A stretch of 64,000 nt of DNA from assembly GCA_964035545.1 (NCBI GenBank), contig OZ037765.1:372001-436000 (forward strand), given 5' to 3'. The translations under genes were made by a program, and so were the position numbers. Source of the DNA: Bugula neritina (Eukaryota; Animalia; Bryozoa). Below, piece after piece: positions 54,401 through 64,000 of the stretch (positions are counted from its first letter, which is position 1; each line of letters starts with the position of its first letter). The notes under the pieces were generated by a model, which did not search any database, was not told the DNA's origin, and worked only from the letters and a program-made list of their open reading frames with translations.

Positions 54401-57400
54401 ACTTAGTAAATAGTAGTCTTTCACTGATACATAACTTAGTAAACAGTAGTCAATTTCAAAATGGTTACACGACTTTTTATCTCTCGTATTTAATGAAAAC
54501 GTACATAAACTTTAATGATGAAACTGTTGAATATATACACTACTGTGTTGGTAAGCTGATCTAGTAGGGAGGAGGGTATTCCACCCCGACCTACGGAACA
54601 GGAAACCCTGTCTACCCACAATGCACTCACCATGAACTCATCCTCAGCCGAGATGTCGGGTGCACCAAACTCTCCATTGTCAGGCCACACCTCCCTGGCA
54701 GCTCGTAGAAGAGCTATTGCCTTGGTACACTCAGATGAGTGTAGAGCTGTGTATATAGACTTGACACACCCCAGCCTGCAACAAACAGACGGTAAATCAA
54801 ATCTACTTCAACACTACTTCCTGTACACATCATTTCCTGTGACACCTCACTTCCTGTACACATCACTTCCTGTGACACATCACTTCCTGTACACATTACT
54901 TCCTGTGACACATCACTTCCTGTACATATCACTTCCTGTCCACATCACTACCTGTACACATTACTTCCTGTGACACATCATTTCCTGTGACACACCACTT
55001 CCTGTACACATCACTTCCTGTGACAATGCCTGCGAACTCACTAGTGAAGGTTCACCCAGTTAGAAGCAAACAGACAGAACATTATATTATACAGCAGTGA
55101 AACAACACATAAATTCATGACATCATAACATAAATTCATGACATCATAACATAAACTTATGACAACATAACATAAACTCGTGACATCACAGCACACACCT
55201 CTGCTCATCAATCGAGACCTCAGAAGTGGCATCAAACGGAGTGACATCATCGCTCACAACTTCCTGTACGTCTTGCAGAAGGTCAGAGAGTTCATCTGAC
55301 AGGATGTTCCACTTTTCCTCCAACTCTTCCTGTGAATGTTGTGGCGTCTCCGTGGAGACCGGAGTATTTGCTGCTTTCCTCCTCTTCACCACCTTCCTTT
55401 TCCTCTGCACCAGCACCTTCCCCTGAGTGGCACACCACTTCTCCATGGCTCTGACGTAGATGTGGGTGGTCTCTACCAGGTCCTTGGCGTACAGCCTAGT
55501 GAGTATGATGTGATTACTACTAGTACTACTACTACTAGTACTACTACTAGTAGTAGTAGTACTAGTACTAGTAGTACTAGTACTAGTACTACTAGTACTA
55601 CTACTACTAGTACTACTACTACTAGTACTATTACTAGTACTACTACTACTACTACTACTAGTACTACTACCAGTACTAATACTACTACTAGTAGTAGTAT
55701 TAGTACTGGTACTACTACTAGTATGACGACTACTACTAGTACTACTATTAGTACTACTACTAGTACTACTACCACTAATACTACTACTAGTTCCACTACG
55801 GAGACAAACCACAAGATAGCATACAAACATTAAGTTATATATAAGCAATACGTAGGCTCTAAGCCACACCCACTTTGAGTTACGTGTGTTGTTGAACTTC
55901 TTGAGGAGGAAGGGAAGCAGGTCTCGGTACTCCTGCATGTAGAACACATTCTGCTGAATCACCTTAGCACTGTTCCTAACCTGGAAGCTCGCGGAGTTGG
56001 ACATCGCCTGCAGCGTCTCCAACAACTCCTTGAAGGTTCTCAGGGCTAAGTGTAGTCTAGTGAATACAAACGCAACGTAGTGCTGCAGCTTCCATCAATT
56101 GGACTGCTAAAGAGACGCTCAGACTCTACTGACTGGATGGCACAATGACAGAGTTTAGTGCTGAAATGTTTTCTAGCAACAAAATCTTCTCTAATTTATT
56201 CAACATATATTTTCTGTGGAAAGTTACAAGAGTTGCAACAAGTTAACATACAAATAGTATAGACCGTTGCAGCCCTACACGGCGCCAAGCTCACCTCTTG
56301 GCCCAGATGATGGCGTCTTTCCTGTCGACCATCATCATGTCGAGGTGGTTGAGGAGAATTCGGTAGACGTAGTTGAACTCCTGAACCGTAACCGTCTCTC
56401 TCACCAGCTCCACGTCAAAGTGGTAGAGTCGCTGGAACTGCATGAAGAATCTTGTGCTCCAGAGGTAGTAAGTTTCATCGTTCTCCTGACTACTCTCTCT
56501 CTCCAACGCACTCTACCATACGGTTAATAGAGTAGACTGAGTGACTATACTATACAGTCAATAGAGTAAACTGAGTGACTATACTATACAGTTAATACGT
56601 GTCCAACTAGCATACAGAGTACACAGGGTACGGCTGCATAGCCTCAGTACCAGGTGTAGCAGACAAGACGGGACGTACCTTCACCGCCCTCATCAAGGGG
56701 TTGTAGCAGTTCTTAATGAACTCAACACAAAACTCCTTGAGACACACTCTGATAGAGAGAGTAGATCTTCGACTGACCTCTTCACCTGTGAGATAAATAC
56801 ATACAGAGTACTACACACAGAGTACTACACACAAAGTATAACAAAGTATGATATAATGTACAATGCATCACCTTCAATAGGCTGCCTGTTTTTGGGTGTC
56901 TTGCGAGATTTCTTTCCCACGTCAAAAGAGTGCTGTTTGACTTCAGAAAGAGGCTTGTGGTAGATGACGTCTTTATCACTGATAGACTTCATTCCCTTCA
57001 CAACAAAAGTCCCACCAAACCTCGAGTGTCTACATGTAGCATATACGTCTGCATGTAGCATATACGTCTGCATGTATTATATACATCTGCATGTAGTATA
57101 TACGTCTGCATGTAGTATATACGTCTGCATGTAGTATATACATCTGCATGTAGTATATACGTCTGCATGTAATATATACGTCTGCATGTAGCATATACGT
57201 CTGCATGTAGCATATACGTCTGCATGTAGCATATACGTCTGCATGTATTATATACATGTGTATATAATATACACGTCTGCATGTAGTATATATCCACTCT
57301 ACCTCGTAGTCAGTCTGAGAAGCTGTGACTGCTTCTTCGCTCTCTCCATGTCGGTTATCCTGGCCAGCTCCTGCTCGTCTCTCTCTTTCTCTCTACGGCT

Positions 57401-59484
57401 GCGAGAAGCACCGGCAGACGACAGCTGTTCAGGTGTCTGATCTCTAAATATAAGAGAAATTATCTCCAACACGTGGATAGCAAACCTCCTCTCATCATCT
57501 GATGAGGCGATGTAGAGGATAAGTTTGTCCAGACCCGTCTGGTGCATCTGCCAAACGATCTGGTCGTGAGTGCTTGCATCATCATCAGTTCTCAGTCTGT
57601 CTACGTCTGTAGCGGCAACGTGGAGGATGTTACGCAATAATACCAGCAGCCGCTCTATCAGCACATTCTGGTCTTCACTTCTCTCTTCCCAGCTCTGAAA
57701 TCAGATAAAATCACAATGAGTCTTCAGTCAGTTAGTATTCACTCAGTTAGTATTCACTGAGTTAGTATTCACTCAGTTAGTATTCACTCAGTCAGTATTC
57801 ACTCACTTAGTATTCACTCAGTTAGTATTCACTCAGTCAGTATTTACTCAGTTAGTATTCACTCAGTTAGTGTTCACTCAGTTATTATTCACTCAGTTAG
57901 TATTCACTCAGTTAGTATTCACTCAGTTAGTATTCACTCAGTTAGTATTTACTCAGCTAGTATTCACTCAGTTAGTATTCACTCAGTTAGTGTCACTCAG
58001 TTACTGTTCACTCAGTTAGTATTCACTCAGTTAGTATTCCCTCAGTCACTGTTCACTCAGTTAGTATTCACTCAGTTAGTATTCACTCAGTTACTGTTCA
58101 CTCCGTATCTGTCCACAGAGCTGATATAACTTCAAGCTCTGGGGTAATCATAGAGTGAATTGATATAGGAGACAAATATGTGAGTGTATAACAGCAACTC
58201 CAGTTATACACTGTATCCGGTCTCCATGCCAACCAGTAAACAAACTATATAAGGCAAGTCGTAGTAACAGCTGATACTTAATAGTCAGTTGGTTCACTTG
58301 ACCTTGACACTTACCAACTCCAGGATATAAGCCAACTTCTCCGATACGACTTTGAGAAACTGTTCATTCACAAACGCCTGTAGAAATGAGTTGCAAATTA
58401 GTTTAATGTAAACTAGCGTACAGATTCTACTTTTTCTATCATGACAATGTCGGAAACGGCAAAATCAAAACAAACGCAATAACAGAGAGCATTCTTAGCT
58501 TATATTTAATACTACTATTCCATCTGGAATTGGTTAGTTAGTTGAAGAAACTTGAGGTCTCCCCACTGCTACTTCACACACCTGTTTATACTCCTGGAGA
58601 TATTCCTCCACCTGGATGTAGCAGTGCCGGGTGCTCTGGTCTTGTGGCACTTCATTCTTGAACACAATCCTGGCAGGTTGAGTCAGGTTCATCAAGCACC
58701 TGCAGGCGGTGTCAAGAAGTCTAACTTATAACAGCACAGCAGAACATAACAGATCACTGATGTCTAAAGAGTCTACTACTATAAAGTTATCAAATAAACT
58801 TTTAAAGAGAACTGCAGGGCAATAAAGCAATAAAGCGTAAGTAACGGAGAGTAGAGAACGGTAAACAACTTCAATCGCTACATGAGCAGAAATGACGCAC
58901 CTGATGGTGACCTCAAAGAGCTCTTCGTCAGCGCTGCCATAGTACACAATGAGAGGAATCAGGTCTTCCTGTAGCACCTGAGCTTGACCTAAGAACCTCC
59001 TGATGTTACACGTCTCATTCTCTCTCCGCAGGGACTTGATTAGGTCTTTTACACAGTCTAGACAATGCAACAGGTATACTATGCTATAATATATACACAT
59101 GTATACTATGCTATATATTATACTCAGGTATGCTATGTATACTCATGTTAGTTAAACTCATGTTAGTTATACTCATGTTAGTTATACTCTGTGTTAGTTA
59201 TACTCATGTTAGTTATACTCATGTTAGTTATACTCATGTTAGTTATACTCTGTGTTAGTTATACTCATGTTAGTTATACTCATGTTAGTTATACTCATGT
59301 TAGTTATACTCTGTGTTAGTTATACTCATGTTAGTTATACTCATGTTAGTTATACTCATGTTAGTCAAACTGAATACACACCAACTGCGTCTTGCTCTCT
59401 GATATAATCACCATTGTGAAACTTCCCAATTCCATTAGCTATAGATTGCAGCTCAGTGTAAATCAACTTCCCAGTTTGAGTCAT
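39422..59484 (-). CDS. TIMELESS: Protein timeless homolog (TIMELESS/timeout, replication fork protection complex)
   Basis: Inferred exons, 5' to 3' on the minus strand: 59382-59484, 58901-59057, 58582-58699, 58315-58377, 57303-57694, 56872-57029, 56679-56785, 56295-56512, 55874-56056, 55199-55495, 54631-54775, 54180-54258, 53812-54017, 53232-53381, 52582-52759, 52036-52245, 51525-51677, 50860-51048, 50107-50231, 49849-50014, 49321-49390, 49177-49227, 40508-40593, 39866-40069, 39422-39555. Motifs: [62 protein letters not shown] and the C-terminal PARP-binding-like EQFWRI. Confidence 0.95.
40632..49031. repeat. 21-bp satellite array (GAGTTAGTGTGATATACTCAA) x400 inside a TIMELESS intron
   Basis: 8400 bp with unbroken 21-bp phase, as confirmed by the two uninterrupted ORFs. 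It lies in intron 40594-49176. Confidence 0.98.
49045..49155. repeat. 12-bp repeat (ACTATAGYACAT) between the 21-bp array and the donor
   Basis: About 9 units. Confidence 0.85.
50265..50843. repeat. TACTACAGCAGACTATATACTATA minisatellite filling a TIMELESS intron
   Basis: 17-24-bp units occupying most of intron 50232-50859. Confidence 0.93.
51678..51898. repeat. CTACACTGAGCTCTACA minisatellite abutting a TIMELESS acceptor
   Basis: Begins exactly at the acceptor (ct at 51678-51679). Confidence 0.9.
52246..52581. repeat. ~29-bp minisatellite (CATTACTGTACGGACACATGTATACACA) filling a whole TIMELESS intron
   Basis: Spans acceptor to donor; each unit carries GTACAG on the minus strand. Confidence 0.92.
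53393..53816. repeat. 23/16-bp minisatellite duplicating a TIMELESS donor (GCAG|GTATAG)
   Basis: ctcagactactatacctgctata units fill intron 53382-53811. Confidence 0.92.
54280..54452. repeat. ~36-bp repeat (CTGATACATAACTTAGTAAATAGTAGTCAG)
   Basis: 5 copies near the acceptor at 54259. Confidence 0.88.
54813..55024. repeat. 16-17-bp minisatellite (ACATCACTTCCTGT)
   Basis: About 13 units, most containing ACTTCCTGT. Confidence 0.9.
55514..55799. repeat. (TAC/TAG)n trinucleotide-type tract in a TIMELESS intron
   Basis: Gives the Ser/Thr and Val/Leu ORFs. Confidence 0.9.
57028..57292. repeat. 19-bp minisatellite (TACGTCTGCATGTAGYATA) filling a TIMELESS intron and mimicking its acceptor
   Basis: On the minus strand the units read CTACATGCAG|AC; the real acceptor is CTACATGTAG|AC. 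Confidence 0.92.
57726..58103. repeat. 15-bp minisatellite (TCAGTTAGTATTCAC)
   Basis: About 25 units in intron 57695-58314. Confidence 0.93.
59140..59365. repeat. 15-bp minisatellite (TACTCATGTTAGTTA) in the first coding intron of TIMELESS
   Basis: About 15 units starting ~16 nt from the donor at 59381. Confidence 0.93.
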
Positions 59485-62000
59485 GCTAACTCCTACAGAA
59501 AACTACTCTAGCTCAAACCAAGTAATTCAGTGTCATAAGTGTATAAAGTGTATAAATATATCCTTGGCCTTAGTGCAGGCGCGAGCAACAATTTTCCAAG
59601 AGATGGTTCTGATTATGTTGATTAACTAACTTCTTTTTTGTCAAAGCAAAGAATCTTTTGTTCAACATATCAATATTATTCAATAATAAATAATAGCGTA
59701 AGTGATATATACTTATGACATTTTGATTACCAATTACTCAAAACAGAACATAAAAGATTTGAAACCATGCAATTTATTTCGTATTAGCAGTTGGTCCGCA
59801 ATATTTTAGTTGAACTCATAATCACTGTACAGGTCTTGCCACATGGAGCATAAGTTCCCTTGCAAAATTGTGTGCAGTGGAAGCTTATTAAGAAAATAAC
59901 CTGCCACACACAATACATATATTGACAGCAGTAGCAAAACTCGACTGACCAATTGTATCTGCTCATGATTTTATTATCTAATGCTCTACATACTTTCATT
60001 TTGAAATCTCATTTACAATTCTTTTGATTAAAACTAAAATGTAAAAAGTATTAGATTGATATTCATTTTTCACTATCACCATGACCATCACCATGACAAT
60101 CAGTGTGACTATCAAGTATCAAATTCAAATGAATAATAACTAAATAAAATGATTATAATAATCCTAATCATAATGATAATATTAATAATGATAATCAAGA
60201 ATGATTAAGTCTAGGACTAATGAGTTATGAGTTGATAACTTTAATTTATCAGTATTACTGAGTTACTCTTAGACTCTAAGTTAGAGTTGGTGCCACATTT
60301 ACTGCAAATGTTTGACTCAGAATTAGACTTAGAGTTACTGTTAATGTTTCAGTTTGTGTAGGCCAGGGGCACGACTTGTCAATCAGTATCACTCAAAGTC
60401 AAACTCAAAGTCAATCAGAATCACTCAAATCTCAATCATTCAATTTCAATGTGAATGTTTAATTGTTTAAGTCAAAGTCAAACTGTAGCGACTTTAAGTA
60501 AAAAAAAACATAAATATGAAGTTGAACATCAATTATTTATAAGAACAATTTATCAAATTAACTTCATTACTGCATAATATAAAATTACTATAACTATTAG
60601 ACACTTGTTGAGTTCTTAGGACATAGTTATAGAGTTGATCACAATTCCCGCCACTGAAACGAAACTACGGAGTGTTGGTGTGAACACATTCCGAACTTCT
60701 CGCCCTTCTACTGATATTTGTGTTTATCTCGAATCGCGGCAAAACTGATCTTTATAGCCTGCGATTTTATTACATAATGTCTTGTCATATTGTATACATG
60801 TTTGATACGCCTCTTTAATTTCATCAAAAACGGCGTACAGCCCATCATGTTCCGCTGTGCTCAAATTGGGTTTTCCTCAAGTAAACGGCAGTCTAATTAC
60901 ACTTTACTCTTTCCCAAAAGCAAATAAATTTTCTAATTACAAGTTTTGATTGCCTTTTTCACGTTGAATTTCTTCCAGCTAAACTCAAGTTTTAAGTCAT
61001 GAAGCTCGAGTAATTTATATTCCTTGGTGATAACTGAAAAAAGCTGTGTTTGTGTACACTTACAGTAACTGTAAGATTAAGACAAGAGTGACACTCGCAC
61101 TAACAGTCACCAGGACTCACAGTGAACGTGACTATCGTTGAACTCGAAGTTGAGGGCATACTGATACTCTTAAAGTAAAAGTGATTGTAAATCAGACACC
61201 CTCAAATTACATCAACTTACATAGTAGACGTAATAGTCAACTTTAATGTGACACTGACAGTTTAGACTTGGACTAATTTAGGCTAAGTCCGAGGGCAATC
61301 TTTTTTGGAAGAGTCGCTGTAACTTAGCAAGTAAGTAATCAAAATTATGAAAATTATTCAATTTAAATCAAAATAAAAGTTTGATTATGCTTTCAGCACA
61401 ATTAGTAACTAATATCATTAGTGTTAGTATTGCTATCAGCGCTAGTATTACATTTACTATTACTATTAGTATTACTATTAGTATTAATAATGTTATTCAA
61501 TTATTATCGCATTTAGTTCATTTACTAGTACTTGTAGTATTACTATTATTATTAGTAATAGCAGCTACTATCAGTTAACAACCCATCTATTCATCTTGTT
61601 TGCTTCAAAGTTAAAACATAAAATAAAAGTATTCACATATGCCTATGGCCTTTGGGTGTATTGCGCCTATTGATTTTATTTGTAAATGAATTTAGTATAT
61701 ATATAATTGTTATATGTATTGGTATTATTAAATTTAATACAAATATTTTAATAACTCAATTACGAAATTATCATTATTACTGTCATTTCACAATATCTCA
61801 TTTACTGATTGCTATGTGTATTTTAATAATGTTGTCTAATTGTAGCCGTAAGTAGTACTATTATTATTAGCCTGTTACATGAACTATGATATCTGTGTTG
61901 GGTATTCATTGTTAATTTCCATCCTTGTGTTTCAGTCAACCAACCAATCATACGAAAGCAGTTGACAGAGAGCCGGCATCTGATTGGATGATCCTAAAGG

Positions 62001-64000
62001 ATGACCGAGATGCAGCAGGATGAGGGGGAGTGGATCAAGGAGATGAAACTTGGCCAGGGGGGTTTTGGTCAAGTCTACCTCTTTAAAAACACGGTATTGT
62101 GACTTGTATTACATAGACACATGATGTTAAGGAAGCATCTAATATCAGAGCGTATTAAAGTATTGGCTGTGAAGTTGTCTATAATTACAAATATACACTA
62201 TTTCTGGTTCTTGAAATAATATCCTTTACCCTTCTTGACCATGTTGCACAATATTCTAATGATAATAATTTACGTTTAGTACAATAAAATAGGCAGGTTA
62301 CATGTGAAAGTCTCTAAATACACTTTTTACATCATGAAGTTTGTTATTTACTCTTCTTTCATAAGAAAGTTCACAAATGCCAAGAATTGTTTCCTGATTT
62401 TGTTATTGTAGGAACACAGTCTAACATTTCTAATGTAGGAACACAGTCTAACCTTTCTAATGCTGAAAAAATGCCAAACAACTTTGAACTTCAATCTTGT
62501 TTTCATTTTGTTTTTGTCGTGAAGATTTATAACAAAGCGATAGTATACAGTTGTATTCTTTAAAACTACTCTATCAGCCAATCAAATAGAAGATTACTTA
62601 GTTTATCAGCCAATCAAATAAATGATTACTCAGTTTATTATTTGCTGTTGTTTAGAGGTCAGGGGAGCAAATAGCTGTGAAGAAATGTGGAGCAAACAAT
62701 GAGCTCTCCACTAGAATGAGAGAGAAATGGGATGCTGAGGTAGAGATCATGTCTAGAATCAATCACGACAACATAGTCCGAGCCCTGCCAACTCCAGCCC
62801 AGTTTCTCCCTCAGGCCAACGAGCCTCCAGCCCTGATTATGGAGTACTGCTCAGGGGGAGACCTTCGTAATGTGAGTTATTAGTTAGTAGTGTGAGTTAT
62901 TAGTTAGTAGTGTGAGTTATTAGTTAGTAGTGTGAGTTATTAGTTAGTAGAGTGAGTTACTAGTTAATAATGTGAGTTATTAGTTAGTAGTGTGAGTTAT
63001 TAGTTAGTAGTGTGAGTTATTAGTTAGCAGTATTGAGTTATTAGTTAGTAGTGTGAGTTATTAAGATGAGATTAGAGGCTGATCTATCATAGAATAAATA
63101 TTAATTTATGAACTCGGTTAACCAGAAAGTCTGCAATTTATAGCGTAGTTTTGTAAAAGGAGGATATATCTAGCTGTACTTTAGTGTTGGAGGTAATAAG
63201 GCGTGGCCCACCCTAACATAAAGCTACACTTATTTCTGAATCATAGCAATTCTAGCCATAAGTACTTAAATTTCCTTCTAGTTGCCGCCTTAAATTCAAC
63301 TCAACTGATTGATTGCTAAATGATTTATTTACCAACTGTTGTTTAGGTGATTGTGTTTAATGCATCACGGTATTTAGTGAGTTAATAATTGGGATTTCCC
63401 GGAACTACCAGGAAGTACTGCATAGGGTGTAGTGCCGTATACATTTAAATGTGATACAAGGAAATATATACTCTACTATTTGAGATGTTCCTGTACTGCT
63501 TGCTGTCAGTCTATTTGCCAACTGGAGCCAGTCGTTCATATTATTACAATATCATTGGCTTCTCTTGACACCCTGTTTATATCAATACATTGTATCTTTT
63601 GACCATATTAAATTTAATTTGAAATTACTATTCCCTTGTTTAAATAAAAAAAAGTTCTAAATGGAATCAATGAATTTCATCAACAAATTTGTTGACATGC
63701 AGCCAATGTTTGAGGGAATGAGTTGAAACGACACTGGCGCAATTCAGGGTTTATTTTATTGTATTATATATTCTTCTATTATAACTGTTTCGTTATATAT
63801 CTTGTACTATATACACTATGTTATGTATATTATATTCTCACATGTTAACGTGTTGCAGTTGCTGACAAAGACGCCGTGTGGAATGAAGGAGTCTTCACTA
63901 CGCTGGCTGGTCAGTAACATAGCTAAGGGAGTCGAACATCTACACTCTCTCAAGATCACTCACAGAGACTTGAAGCCTGAGAACATAGTTATAGCTAGGA
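62001..64000 (+). CDS. IKK: IkappaB kinase (IKK alpha/beta family), 5' part; continues beyond the window
   Basis: Exons 62001-62093 (W..EMKLGQGGFGQVYL), 62656-62871 (IAVKKC..W..EVEIM..NHDNIV..MEYCSGGDLR) and 63859-64000 (CGMKE..LHSLKITHRDLKPENIV). These are IKK-type kinase N-lobe motifs. Confidence 0.9.
62871..63062 (+). repeat. 20-bp tandem repeat duplicating the IKK exon-2 donor (T|GTGAGT)
   Basis: About 9.5 units of tgtgagttattagttagtag, beginning at the last exon base. Confidence 0.93.

Noticed and set aside
50192-57297. Tyr/Thr/His-rich ORFs at 50192, 52043-52786, 53355 and 56998
   Set aside because: They are antisense or intronic repeat read-throughs within TIMELESS.
39422-59484. Circadian clock timeless (insect tim1)
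   Set aside because: The sequence and the C-terminal PARP-binding-like segment resemble vertebrate TIMELESS/timeout (tim2) rather than insect tim1.

Overview
AT-rich, intron-rich eukaryotic (invertebrate animal, probably lophotrochozoan) genomic DNA, not prokaryotic. Splice sites were read by hand. Left to right: an intronless-CDS rhodopsin-family peptide GPCR (+); a multi-exon gene fusing a long ankyrin-repeat array to a divergent caspase domain (+); FAM227A-like (-) head-to-head with Chibby/CBY1 (+); GRB2/drk (-); UCP4/SLC25A27 (+); TIMELESS/timeout (-, about 25 coding exons over 20 kb); and the first exons of an IKK-family kinase (+), which run off the right edge. Most long ORFs in the ORF track are artefacts of tandem repeats. 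Three things stand out. (1) The ANK-caspase has an intact His/Cys dyad but a remodelled specificity pocket, and repeat-multiplied splice sites in its linker. (2) Most introns of GRB2 and TIMELESS, several of UCP4 and one of IKK each carry their own private minisatellite at or near a splice site, often duplicating it; one is a 400 x 21 bp, indel-free 8.4 kb array with higher-order structure. (3) There are PIF/Harbinger-like MITEs, one nested in another MITE and one converted into a perfect 173-bp-arm palindrome.
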